Assembly: GCA_049297615.1 (NCBI GenBank)
Contig: JBAQUQ010000047.1
Span: 749-64,748, forward strand
Origin: Burkholderiaceae bacterium
Lineage (GTDB): Bacteria > Pseudomonadota > Gammaproteobacteria > Burkholderiales > Burkholderiaceae_C
Direction of reading: 5' to 3'
Length of the DNA stretch: 64,000 nt
Of this stretch, positions 20,598 to 29,340 are shown piece by piece (the first letter of the stretch is position 1; every line of letters starts with the position of its first letter). The notes below the pieces were generated by a model. The model worked only from the letters and a program-made list of their open reading frames with translations. It ran no database searches and was not told the origin of the DNA. The translations under genes and the position numbers were made by a program.

Positions 20598-22685
20598 ATG
20601 CATGAACCGCCAGCTGTCCTGCGGGTTGCGGTCGAGACACCGCAACACAGCGGCCTTGGCCAACCGCTTGACTACCTTAGTGAGCGAGGGCTTACCCCAG
20701 GAACTTTGGTGCGGGTCCCACTTGGGAAGCGAGAGGTGTCCGGCCTGGTCTGGCCGGGTGAACCTGCCGCCGATCCGCCGGCAAGGCTGCGCGCAGTCGC
20801 CCAGGTGCTGGCTTGCCTGCCGCCCTTGAGTGAGCGCTGGTGCGATCTCGTCGACTTCGCCGCGGCGTACTACCAGCGCGGTTGTGGCGAGGTAGCGCTG
20901 ACGGTCCTGCCACCTGAGCTGCGCAAGCTGAACGATCGTCAGCTCGAGTTGCGTATCACGAAGTTGCGCCGCGCCTGGGTGGCGGACACCCAGGATTCGA
21001 AGGCGGCGGCACCCACGTTGAACGCCGAGCAAGCTGCATTGCTGGATCAACTCGACGGCATGGCTGGCGCGCTGGCAGCGAAGGTCTCGCCACCGCCGGT
21101 GCTGCTGCACGGTGTCACCGGCAGCGGCAAGACCGAGATCTACCTGCATGCCGCTGCGCACGCCCTGGCGCGCGGCCGGCAGGCGCTCGTGCTGGTTCCC
21201 GAAATCAACCTCACTCCGCAGCTCGAAGAGCGCTTCGCGCAGCGTTTTGGCAGCGCACGCATCGTCTCGTTGCACAGTGGCCTGACGCCGGCGCAGCGGC
21301 TGCGTCACTGGCTCGCTGCGCACCTGGGGCTGGCCGACCTGGTGCTGGGCACGCGCCTGGCAGTGTTCGCGTCGATGCCGCGCCTGGGATTGATCGTTGT
21401 CGATGAGGAGCACGATCCCTCCTACAAGCAGCAGGAGGGTGCGCGCTATTCGGCGCGCGATCTGGCGGTGTATCGCGGCCGGCTCGAGTCCGCTCTGGTC
21501 GTGCTCGGGTCGGCGACGCCCTCGCTGGAAAGCTGGCGCCATGCGCAAACGGGCCGCTACCGGCACCTGGACTTGCCCACGCGCATCGCTGGTGCCGAAC
21601 TGCCGCAGGTGCGGCTCGTCGACATGAGCCGCTTGCCCAAGCCGGCAAGCGGCACAGCCCACGACGCGCTTTCGCCCCAGCTCGTTGCCGCTCTTCAAGG
21701 GCGCCTGGCGCGCGGCGAACAAAGTCTGGTGTTTCTGAATCGGCGCGGCTATGCGCCGGTGCTGCACTGCACCGACTGCGGCTGGAAAAGCGCTTGCCCG
21801 CATTGCAGCGCCTGGCGCGTATTTCACAAGCTCGACCGTCAGCTGCGCTGCCACCACTGCGGCCTGGCCGAGCGCGTGCCGCGTGCCTGCCCGCAGTGTG
21901 GCAATCTGGACATATCGGCCATCGGCCGCGGCACCGAGCGCCTCGAAGAGCAACTTGCAGCGCTGCTGCCGCAGGCCAGAATTGCGCGCATCGACTCCGA
22001 CAGCACACGCGCCAAGGGCGCCTTGCAGGCGCGTCTGAATGCCGTGCACGCCGGCGAGGTCGACCTGTTGGTGGGCACGCAGATGATCGCCAAGGGCCAC
22101 GACTTTCGCCGCATCACGCTGGTCGCCGCGGTGAACCCGGATTGCGCGCTGTTCTCGGTGGATTTCCGCTCCGCTGAGCGCCTGTTCGCGCTGCTGATGC
22201 AGGCAGCGGGCCGCGCCGGGCGTGAAGCCAGCCAGTCCCGCCGCAGTGAGATGTGGGTTCAAACCTGGCATCCGCGGCACGCGCTTTACGAGGCGCTGCA
22301 GCGTCACGATTTCCAGGCCTTCGCGCAGGCGCAACTTGTGGAGCGCGAGAGCGCCGGCCTGCCGCCCTATTCACACTTGGCGATGCTGCGCGCGGAGGCG
22401 CGCCAATGCGCAGCTGCAGAAGACTTCTTGCACGCCGCGGCGAAGCTGGCCGCCACTTTGCGCGGCGCCGAGGGTGTGACGATCTATGCGCCCGTGCCGC
22501 TGAACGTGGCACGCGTCGCCGATGTCGAGCGGGTGCAGATGCTGATCGAGGCCAGCTCGCGCAAGGCCTTGCAGCAATTGCTGGCGTCGTGGCTGCCTGC
22601 ACTGCATGAGCTGCGCCGACAGCGCAAGGGCTCTGCCCAGCGCATCTTGCGTTGGGCGGTGGATATCGACCCGCTGACGATCTGA
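20598..22685 (+). CDS. priA: Primosomal replication-restart helicase PriA
   Basis: ORF 20580..22685 contains the Walker A motif GVTGSGKTEIY, DEEHD and the Cys-rich zinc region CTDCGWKSACPHCSAWRVFHKLDRQLRCHHCGLAERVPRACPQCG. First ATG at 20598. Confidence 0.92.
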   Translation: MHEPPAVLRVAVETPQHSGLGQPLDYLSERGLTPGTLVRVPLGKREVSGLVWPGEPAADPPARLRAVAQVLACLPPLSERWCDLVDFAAAYYQRGCGEVALTVLPPELRKLNDRQLELRITKLRRAWVADTQDSKAAAPTLNAEQAALLDQLDGMAGALAAKVSPPPVLLHGVTGSGKTEIYLHAAAHALARGRQALVLVPEINLTPQLEERFAQRFGSARIVSLHSGLTPAQRLRHWLAAHLGLADLVLGTRLAVFASMPRLGLIVVDEEHDPSYKQQEGARYSARDLAVYRGRLESALVVLGSATPSLESWRHAQTGRYRHLDLPTRIAGAELPQVRLVDMSRLPKPASGTAHDALSPQLVAALQGRLARGEQSLVFLNRRGYAPVLHCTDCGWKSACPHCSAWRVFHKLDRQLRCHHCGLAERVPRACPQCGNLDISAIGRGTERLEEQLAALLPQARIARIDSDSTRAKGALQARLNAVHAGEVDLLVGTQMIAKGHDFRRITLVAAVNPDCALFSVDFRSAERLFALLMQAAGRAGREASQSRRSEMWVQTWHPRHALYEALQRHDFQAFAQAQLVERESAGLPPYSHLAMLRAEARQCAAAEDFLHAAAKLAATLRGAEGVTIYAPVPLNVARVADVERVQMLIEASSRKALQQLLASWLPALHELRRQRKGSAQRILRWAVDIDPLTI

Positions 22686-22714
22686 TTTCTGCTGCGACGG
22701 GCCCGCGGTTTGCT

Positions 22715-23380
22715 TCAGCGCCTGTGCGTGCTGCGCTGGCCCGTCGGTGCCGGGCGCCGTGCCCGGCCTGGACCAGCACGTGGCACGCTGGCGCGAAGCA
22801 GCGGCCGCCCGACATCGGCGAGCAGCAGCGTGGCACGAACCAAATCTTCGACGGCCTCGTTCATATCCGTCAGGGGGGCGAGAGTTGCGACCACCTCGAG
22901 CAGCTCGTCGGCGTCCTCGAGGTCGTCGGCGGCGAGGTGTCGATAGAGCAGGGCCAGCGGCTCGGTCAGGGCGTGCGTCGGTCCGGACAGCAGGGCTGGA
23001 AATGCATTCATGGCCGCTGCAAACCCGGCGACCCAAGGGAATACGCCCTCGACGGCGCCGACACTTGCTGCATCAGCAAGTTCAAAGACCCACGGGTCGA
23101 ACCATTCGCGGCGCCCGATCGCACGGTCCAATTGTGCGTGGCGCTGCTTGACCAACTCGTGCAGACGCGCCGCCTCGAAGCCTGGCGGCAAGAGCCGGCC
23201 ATCGATGTCGGTAACCAGCTGTAACCAATGGGTTGACGGCACCGCTGCGGGCTGCACCAGGACGCCGCACAGAAAGCCGTCGAGCATGCTCGCGTCAAGC
23301 GGTTCGAGCGGCGCCGGAACTGCATCGAGCAGGCGCTGCAATTCCTCCAGCTCCGCATCGTTCAGTACAGCGTGCTTCAT
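22715..23380 (-). CDS. UPF0149 / YecA-N-terminal-domain family protein (no SEC-C zinc motif)
   Basis: ORF 22715..23380 contains LNDAELEELQRLLD...LDASMLDGFLCGVLVQP...HWL and PWVAGFAAAM, which resemble the YecA/YgfB (UPF0149) fold pattern. The C-terminal tail is Arg/Pro-rich and lacks CPCGSG. Confidence 0.65.
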   Translation of the reverse strand: MKHAVLNDAELEELQRLLDAVPAPLEPLDASMLDGFLCGVLVQPAAVPSTHWLQLVTDIDGRLLPPGFEAARLHELVKQRHAQLDRAIGRREWFDPWVFELADAASVGAVEGVFPWVAGFAAAMNAFPALLSGPTHALTEPLALLYRHLAADDLEDADELLEVVATLAPLTDMNEAVEDLVRATLLLADVGRPLLRASVPRAGPGRARRPAPTGQRSTHRR

Positions 23381-23444
23381 GAGGCGATTGTGAGCCGTGG
23401 CTGCATTGCACCCCTACACCACTTTGAGCGCGCGGCAAACTTCA

Positions 23445-23683
23445 ATCCTGACGAGCGGTCCCCTTGGATGGGGGGTGGCGATCCAGGCTGTACGCACCTA
23501 CAGTTACGGCGTTGCTGTCACACGGGGTCTGCGCGGCAGGCCAATCGAGAAGTTCGAGAAGTCCAAGAGGTCCTCGTCACCGGTCAAGCAGATTCGAACC
23601 GAAGAGGATCGATCCAACCCAACGATGTCCTTCGCAAGAAGGGCTTCAGTCGGCCCACCTGCTCACCCGGGTGGGTTTTTTTT
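23445..23683 (+). ncRNA. Candidate structured small RNA ending at a strong intrinsic terminator (6S/SsrS-like rod is one possibility; family unassigned)
   Basis: Lies in a 397-nt gap with no credible CDS. Nested long-range helices are 23448-51/23646-49, 23461-65/23639-43, 23466-69/23627-30, 23472-78/23614-20 and 23479-84/23606-11, followed by terminator 23654-23683. The 5' end is not defined. Confidence 0.4.
23654..23683 (+). terminator. Rho-independent terminator
   Basis: CCCACCTG-ctcacc-CGGGTGGG (8-bp stem including one G-T pair, 6-nt loop) followed by T8. It lies 95 nt upstream of the mmsA ATG. Confidence 0.8.
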
Positions 23684-23777
23684 CGTTGCACGGCCTGATT
23701 CACAATGCCGGCTTGGCGAAATTGTTCGCATACGCTGCTGCACACCGGTGCGGCTGCGGGCTTGCAAGGAGACTGAT

Positions 23778-25298
23778 ATGGGCGCGCCCCTTCCATTTAC
23801 CGCCACCTCCGAGGTGGGCCACTACATCGGCGGGCGTGCTCGGCCCGACAGCGGCTCGCGCCGCCAGGCTGTCTTCAACCCGGCCACGGGCAAGGTGGCG
23901 CGCCAGGTGGCGCTGGCCGGGGCCGAGGAAATCGGCATCGCAGTGGCAAGCGCCAAGGCGGCACAGCCGGCCTGGGGCGACACGCCCCCGATCCGTCGCG
24001 CGCGCGTCCTCAACAAGTTCCTCGAACTGCTCAACGAGCAGCGCGACACGCTCGCCGCAATCATCACCGCCGAGCACGGCAAAGTGTTCACCGACGCGCA
24101 AGGCGAAGTGACGCGCGGCATCGAAGTCGTCGAATTCGCCTGCGGCATTGCGCAGTTGCTCAAGGGCGATTTCACCGATCAAGTCGGCACCGGAATCGAC
24201 AACTGGACGCTGCGCCAGCCGCTGGGCGTGGCGGCGGGAATCACGCCGTTCAACTTCCCCGTCATGGTGCCGTGCTGGATGTTCCCACTGGCGCTGGCCT
24301 GCGGCAACAGCTTCATCCTTAAGCCCAGCGAGCGCGACCCGTCGGCGCCGCTGCTGATGGCCGAATTGCTGACGCGCGCCGGCCTGCCTGACGGCGTGTT
24401 CAACCTCGTGCAAGGCGACAAAGTGGCGGTCGACGCGCTGCTCTCCCATCCCGACGTGAAGGCCGTTTCTTTCGTCGGCTCGACGCCGATCGCCCAATAC
24501 ATCTACGAGACCGGCGCGCACCACGGCAAGCGTGTGCAAGCCCTGGGCGGGGCGAAGAACCACATGGTCGTGATGCCCGACGCGGCCATCGACCAGGCCG
24601 TTGACGCGCTGATCGGCAGCGCCTACGGCTCAGCCGGCGAGCGCTGCATGGCGATCTCGGTGGCCGTGCTGGTGGGCGATGCTGCGGATCGCATCGTGCC
24701 CCAACTCGCCGCGCGCGCCAGGATGCTGAAGATCAAGAACGGCATGGAGTTGGATGCCGAAATGGGCCCCGTGATCACGCGCCAGGCGCTGGAGCGAATC
24801 GAGGGCTACATCGGCCTGGGCGTCGAAGAAGGGGCGCAGCTCGTCGTCGACGGGCGTGGCTGCAAAGTCCCCGGCCACGCTGCAGGTTTCTTCACGGGCG
24901 CAACCCTGTTCGACCGCGTGCTGCCTTCGATGCGCATCTACAGGGAAGAAATCTTCGGCCCGGTGTTGTGCTGTGTCCGCGTGCCCGACCTCGCCACGGC
25001 ATTGCGACTCGTCAACGAGCACGAATTCGGCAACGGCGTGTCGTGTTTCACCAGCGACGGCAATGTGGCGCGCGAGTTTTCGCGGCGCGTTCAGGTTGGC
25101 ATGGTCGGTATCAATGTGCCCATCCCCGTGCCGATGGCGTGGCACGGTTTCGGCGGCTGGAAGCGCTCGCTGTTCGGCGATATGCACGCCTATGGCGAAG
25201 AGGGCGTGCGCTTTTACACCAGGCAAAAAAGCGTGATGCAGCGCTGGCCCGAGAGTATCGCCAAAGGCGCCGAGTTCACGATGCCGGTGTCGAAGTAA
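23778..25298 (+). CDS. mmsA: CoA-acylating methylmalonate-semialdehyde dehydrogenase
   Basis: ORF 23397..25298; the real start is [19 protein letters not shown], with AAGGAG upstream. It contains [34 protein letters not shown] (the catalytic Cys) and [25 protein letters not shown], which is MmsA-specific. Confidence 0.9.
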   Translation: MGAPLPFTATSEVGHYIGGRARPDSGSRRQAVFNPATGKVARQVALAGAEEIGIAVASAKAAQPAWGDTPPIRRARVLNKFLELLNEQRDTLAAIITAEHGKVFTDAQGEVTRGIEVVEFACGIAQLLKGDFTDQVGTGIDNWTLRQPLGVAAGITPFNFPVMVPCWMFPLALACGNSFILKPSERDPSAPLLMAELLTRAGLPDGVFNLVQGDKVAVDALLSHPDVKAVSFVGSTPIAQYIYETGAHHGKRVQALGGAKNHMVVMPDAAIDQAVDALIGSAYGSAGERCMAISVAVLVGDAADRIVPQLAARARMLKIKNGMELDAEMGPVITRQALERIEGYIGLGVEEGAQLVVDGRGCKVPGHAAGFFTGATLFDRVLPSMRIYREEIFGPVLCCVRVPDLATALRLVNEHEFGNGVSCFTSDGNVAREFSRRVQVGMVGINVPIPVPMAWHGFGGWKRSLFGDMHAYGEEGVRFYTRQKSVMQRWPESIAKGAEFTMPVSK

Positions 25299-25360
25299 AG
25301 GCCTGCGCCCAGCGCCTGCCGGTCCCTGGCGAACCAGCCGGCGGGGCACTGAAGGGGTCG

Positions 25361-25972
25361 CTATTGCTTGGCTGCTTGCTTGGCCGCCGCCACTTCGGCG
25401 GCCAGCTCTTCTCCGCTCTTGTAGTGCGGGACGCGATACAAGAGCCGCTTGCTGCGCTGAACGAAGCTGTTGCTGCCGGCCACTTCTTCGCGCCAATAGC
25501 GGTCGGCGAGCTCGATATTTCTCTTCAGGTCGAGCTCGAACGCCGCCTTGCTGGCCGCGCCGCCATTGATGAACAGGCGGCCGTCGATCATCCGCCACGT
25601 GTCGGCGTCGCCGCCCCAGGGAATGCCATAGGCGATGCCGTTCGCGCAAAAGCCGCCGTATTCGGGTTGGTACTTCTTGGGATTCGCGTCGAACAGGGTT
25701 TTGTGCTCGGCGCTGGCGAAGCGGAAAGTCACACCCTCATAGACGCTCTTGATCTGCTTGGAGCCCAGCGCGTGGCGCCCTTGGGTGAAGTAGGCGACGA
25801 CATCGTGGCCCTTGAGCATGACGCGCTCGTCGTCGCCGTCGGCCACCGCATTGACCGGCTTGAGCGAGGACGCAGGGTTTTGCGCTTGCATCGCGCCGCA
25901 GCCTGCCAGCGCGGTGGTGGCGCAGATCGACGCGGCGATCAGGAAAAGGCGGATCGACGAGATGTGAACCAT
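25361..25972 (-). CDS. YHS-domain-like lipoprotein (paralogue of 14297..14959)
   Basis: ORF 25361..26053; start at MVHISSIRLFLIAASICATTALAGC (a lipobox). It contains GHDVVAYFT...FRFAS...F..NP.KYQPEYGGFCANGIAYGIPWGG and looks to be roughly half identical to the 14.3-kb copy over the shared blocks (by eye, not counted). Confidence 0.7.
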   Translation of the reverse strand: MVHISSIRLFLIAASICATTALAGCGAMQAQNPASSLKPVNAVADGDDERVMLKGHDVVAYFTQGRHALGSKQIKSVYEGVTFRFASAEHKTLFDANPKKYQPEYGGFCANGIAYGIPWGGDADTWRMIDGRLFINGGAASKAAFELDLKRNIELADRYWREEVAGSNSFVQRSKRLLYRVPHYKSGEELAAEVAAAKQAAKQ

Positions 25973-26098
25973 GCTTGTACTCCGAACAACAGGATGCGAG
26001 AGTTTCCCACGCTCGGCATGCGTTGGAGATCGGCACAATCGGAATTGGCACAATCGCCGCCACGGCCACTGCGGTCATCAAGCCAGGAGAATCGAGTG

Positions 26099-27091
26099 AT
26101 GCACCCCGAATCAGACTTGCCCCGACGGATCGCGACGAGCGTCGTCATGCTCGCCACGCTCGTCGCGGTTCACGCCTCCCACGCCCAGTCGAGTTGGCCC
26201 GACAAGCCGATCACGATGGTCGTCCCCTTCCCGCCCGGCGGCGTGGCCGATACCGTGGCACGTCCCGTGGCCGAAGCGCTGGCGCGCGAGTTGAAGCAAA
26301 CCGTCGTGGTCGAAAACCGCAGTGGCGCGGGCGGTGCTTTGGGCATTGCCCACGCGTCGCGCGCGGCCAGTGATGGCTATACGCTGCTGCTGTCGTTGTC
26401 GTCGATATCGATCCTGCCCGAAGCCGACAAGCTATTCGAGCGCAAGCCCTTGTTCACGACAAGCCAGTTCAAGCCGATCGCGCGCTTCACGGCGGATCCG
26501 ACGGTGTTTGTGGTGCGCAGCGTAGCTCCATGGCAAACCCTCGCCGAGTTCATCGCCGACGCCAAAGCCAAACCCGGCACCTACAACTACGGCAGCTCGG
26601 GCAACTACGGAACCATGCATGTCCCGATGGAAATGCTCAAGGCGAGCGCCGGATTTCGCATGACGCACATTCCCTACACCGGCGCCGGCCCGGCCCTTGC
26701 CGCCTTGCTCGGTGGCCAGGTCGACGCGGTGGCCAGCGGCCCCTCGACCGTGGCGCAGCACATCAAGGCTGGCAAGCTGCGCGCCCTCGCGCATTGGGGC
26801 TCCGCCCCGCTCGCCAGCCTGCCCGAGGTGCCCAGCCTGGCGCAACTCGGCCACAACGCGCGCTTCGCCCAATGGTCGGGGCTGTTCGTTCCCGCAGGCA
26901 CGGTCGACGAGATCGTGCAAAAACTGCGCGCGGCAGCGCGCAAGGTGGCGACGGACCCGCTCGTCGTGCAAACCATCGGGCGCGCCGGCAGCCCGATCGA
27001 ATACCTCGACGCGCCCGAGTTCCAAAGCTACTGGGACAGCGACGCCGCGGCAATGACAGCGGCGGTGCGCGCCATCGGCAAGGTCGAGTAA
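26099..27091 (+). CDS. Tripartite tricarboxylate transporter substrate-binding protein (Bug/TctC family), orphan
   Basis: ORF 24968..27091; the real start is MHPESDLPRRIATSVVMLATLVAVHASHAQ (a signal peptide), with AGGAGA upstream. It contains WPDKPITMVVPFPPGGVADTVARPVA and YNYGSSGNYGTMHVPMEML, which are Bug-family hallmarks. No tctAB genes are adjacent. Confidence 0.88.
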   Translation: MHPESDLPRRIATSVVMLATLVAVHASHAQSSWPDKPITMVVPFPPGGVADTVARPVAEALARELKQTVVVENRSGAGGALGIAHASRAASDGYTLLLSLSSISILPEADKLFERKPLFTTSQFKPIARFTADPTVFVVRSVAPWQTLAEFIADAKAKPGTYNYGSSGNYGTMHVPMEMLKASAGFRMTHIPYTGAGPALAALLGGQVDAVASGPSTVAQHIKAGKLRALAHWGSAPLASLPEVPSLAQLGHNARFAQWSGLFVPAGTVDEIVQKLRAAARKVATDPLVVQTIGRAGSPIEYLDAPEFQSYWDSDAAAMTAAVRAIGKVE

Positions 27092-27187
27092 GCAGCAGGA
27101 GGGCAGAAGGCGCAAGCAATGAAGCGCCGGGCGAGCGCGGTACTGCTCGGTCTTCACCGGATCACTTGACGCGCCACGCAGGCGCAT

Positions 27188-29116
27188 TCAAGTGCCGATC
27201 TGTCCACCGTCGCTGCGGCGAATCACGACCGTGCTGGAACGCGGCCGGCCGCCCAGTTTGTAGTCGGGCCAATTCGAAAACTTCGCCGGCTCGGCCGGGT
27301 CGCTGCGATCTGTGGGCGTCTCGCCCGGGTGCTGGATATTGATGAACAGCGTGCGACCGTCAGGTGTCAGCGTCGCGCCGGTGATTTCGCAGTTCACCGG
27401 GCCGGTGAGGAAGCGCCGGATGTCCCCCGTGGCACGGTCGCAGGCCAGCATCTGGTTGTTGCCCATGCCTGCCAGCTCGCCCTTGTACATCTGGGTCGCG
27501 TGCATGTCGGTCTGGATCCACAACACACCACGCGCGTCGATCAGCAAGCCGTCGGGGCAGGCAAAGATGTCACCCTTGACATTGCCTTTCGCCTCGGCGC
27601 GTGCATTCGCCGGGTCGCCGGCGAGCACGAGGTGGTTCCAGGCAAACGTCAACCCGTCGAAGTCGCCGTCTTCCTTCCAGCGAATGATGCTGCCCATCAC
27701 GTTGTTCGCACGCGGATTCGCGGCGTCGACGCCGGGCAAGTCCTTCGCGCCGCGCGAACTGTTGTTGGTGAGGGTGCAGTAAACCTCACCGGCGCGCTGA
27801 TCGATAGCCAGCCATTCCGGCCGGTCCATCTTCGTTGCGCCCAGGAGATCGCTCGCCTGGCGCGACTTGATCAGCACTTCGCCCTGGTCGGCAAAGCCGT
27901 TCACCGCCGTCAGCGGCCCGTGTCCGGCCAGCAGGGGAAGCCAATGCCCGGTTCCGTCGGCATCGAAACGTGCCACATAGAGCGTACCGTGGTCGAGCAG
28001 TTCGAAGTTCGCCTGCGCCGCCGTCAAGCCGGCACCGGCCGGGCGCACCGCGTCGCGGCTGACGAACTTGTAGATGTACTCGAAGCGCGCGTCTTCGCCC
28101 GAATAGACGACGGCGCGCTGGCTGCGCGTCAGCGCGATCCACGCCCCTTCATGGGCCGCGCGCCCCAAGGCCGTGCGCTTAACGGGCTTGGAGTTCGGGT
28201 CCATCGGGTCAATCTCGACGACCCAGCCGAAGCGGTTGAATTCGTTGGGATGTTTGCGGGCGTCGAAACGCTCGTCGTGTTCGGGCCAGCGGTAGAAGCC
28301 CGCTTTACGCATGCCCCAGCGTCGCTGGTGGGCGTCGAGCGTGTCGCCGCCGTCGAAATAGTAGGCGAAGTTCTCCTCGCCCGACAGGTAGGTGCCCCAG
28401 GGGGTCTGGCTGCTCGCACAGTTGTTCAGCGTTCCAAGCACAGTGCGGCCTTGCGGATCGGCAGCGGTGCGCATCAGGGCGTGGCCGGCCGCAGGCCCTG
28501 CCAGCGTGAACGGTGTGTAGGCGGTGAAGCGGCGCGCAAACGACGAAGGCCGCACCATCTGCCAGCGGCCCTTGCCGGCGGCCTCCAGCCATACCAGCTC
28601 GATCACCGAGACGCCATGCGCGGCTTGCGACTTGCGCACTTTCTCGGCGTTCCAGGTCTTCATGCCGTCGCTGTGCAACAGGCCGTCGTCGGTGTACTCG
28701 TGGTTCATCACGAGAAGGCCGCGCTTCGAGCCGTCGAGGGCGAAAAATTCGATGCCGTCGTGGTGCATGCCCATCTGAACCGCCTGCTCCGCGGCGCTGT
28801 TGCTGGCGTCGGGACGCCACGCCGGCATGTCGCCGGCAAGGCCGACCGGCTCGCCCCAGGTCGCGATCGCGCTGGCCACATAACCATCGGGAACGACCAG
28901 GGTGTCGCTGCGAGTGCTCGCGATGGACTTGAAGCCGAGCAGCGTACCGCCGCTGGACGATACCGCGCAGCCCGGTAGCACGGGGCCGAACACCACGGCA
29001 GCGAGCGCCGTGAGGCCGCCTTGAATCCAGAGCCGCCGTGCGGCATCGGAAACCTGGTGAATGCTCAGGTTGGCCGAGGTGTTGCTGAACTCCATCGTGT
29101 CGAAATCTTTGGCCAT
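27188..29116 (-). CDS. phoX: PhoX-family alkaline phosphatase (DUF839), Tat-exported
   Basis: ORF 27188..29239; start at MAKDFDTMEF with AGGAG upstream. It has a twin-arginine motif (SDAARRLWIQGGLTALAAV) plus VMNHEYTD, NNCASSQTPWGTYLSGEEN, RFGWVVEIDP and FINIQHPGE. Confidence 0.88.
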   Translation of the reverse strand: MAKDFDTMEFSNTSANLSIHQVSDAARRLWIQGGLTALAAVVFGPVLPGCAVSSSGGTLLGFKSIASTRSDTLVVPDGYVASAIATWGEPVGLAGDMPAWRPDASNSAAEQAVQMGMHHDGIEFFALDGSKRGLLVMNHEYTDDGLLHSDGMKTWNAEKVRKSQAAHGVSVIELVWLEAAGKGRWQMVRPSSFARRFTAYTPFTLAGPAAGHALMRTAADPQGRTVLGTLNNCASSQTPWGTYLSGEENFAYYFDGGDTLDAHQRRWGMRKAGFYRWPEHDERFDARKHPNEFNRFGWVVEIDPMDPNSKPVKRTALGRAAHEGAWIALTRSQRAVVYSGEDARFEYIYKFVSRDAVRPAGAGLTAAQANFELLDHGTLYVARFDADGTGHWLPLLAGHGPLTAVNGFADQGEVLIKSRQASDLLGATKMDRPEWLAIDQRAGEVYCTLTNNSSRGAKDLPGVDAANPRANNVMGSIIRWKEDGDFDGLTFAWNHLVLAGDPANARAEAKGNVKGDIFACPDGLLIDARGVLWIQTDMHATQMYKGELAGMGNNQMLACDRATGDIRRFLTGPVNCEITGATLTPDGRTLFINIQHPGETPTDRSDPAEPAKFSNWPDYKLGGRPRSSTVVIRRSDGGQIGT

Positions 29117-29154
29117 TGCTGCTCCTGTGAGGTGCCGGATTCTTCGCTGCGTGT

Positions 29155-29172
29155 ATGACAACGATTTGGCAG
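29155..29172 (-). promoter_or_regulatory. Weak Pho-box candidate upstream of phoX
   Basis: The minus strand reads CTGCCAA-atcg-TTGTCAT compared with CTGTCAT-N4-CTGTCAT (5/7 and 6/7). It ends 39 nt upstream of the phoX ATG. Confidence 0.2.
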
Positions 29173-29293
29173 CTGGGTCCGGACACTGTAGCGCCTCGCG
29201 CAGCATCGCATCAGGGTGCGATTTCCGCCGGCGTGGCACCTTGCTCGACCAAGGTCAGCGGCGGTGGCCCGGCACGCAGAATACGCCGCGGTT

Positions 29294-29313
29294 GACGTCT
29301 GGACGTCTATACT
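29294..29313 (+). promoter_or_regulatory. Tandem palindromic GACGTC hexamers abutting a TATACT -10-like hexamer, upstream of the methyltransferase gene
   Basis: ttGACGTCTgGACGTCTATACT lies 28 nt upstream of ATG 29341. It could be an operator for the N-terminal HTH of the methyltransferase or the cognate methylation sites. Purely sequence-based. Confidence 0.3.
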
Positions 29314-29340
29314 CGAATCGAATTCATTGCGAGAAGCAGA

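Noticed and set aside
23488-23503. CTGT-N8-ACAG (gCTGTacgcacctACAGtt), which matches the minimal LexA/SOS-box pattern.
   Set aside because: The spacer is GC-rich instead of AT-rich, the flanking TA bases of real SOS boxes are missing, and no SOS gene follows. It is better explained as a 5-bp hairpin inside the sRNA candidate.
23440-23683. The RNA candidate as tmRNA, RNase P RNA, SRP RNA or a tRNA.
   Set aside because: I could not find the defining elements: no tRNA-like acceptor/T-arm with CCA context or tag ORF, no GGAAAGTCCGGGC or ACAGAACCCGGCTTA RNase P blocks, no SRP GGAA/AGCA domain IV motif, and no cloverleaf.
23372-23777. The 108-aa ORF 23372..23698 and the 127-aa N-terminal extension of the mmsA ORF (from 23397) as coding sequence.
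   Set aside because: Neither has protein-like motifs. mmsA has a good SD and ATG at 23778, matching the family N-terminus. A strong terminator lies inside the supposed coding region.
24968-26098. The 707-aa ORF 24968..27091 read as a single protein.
   Set aside because: Only the last 330 aa are Bug/TctC-like, with their own SD, ATG (26099) and signal peptide. The upstream part overlaps mmsA and the opposite-strand YHS gene and is a read-through artefact.
29320-29325. A GAATTC site just upstream of the methyltransferase ATG as a hint of an EcoRI/RsrI-type system.
   Set aside because: It is a single hexamer. The nuclease is 217 aa and shows none of the EcoRI/RsrI sequence features I recall. 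There is no basis beyond coincidence.
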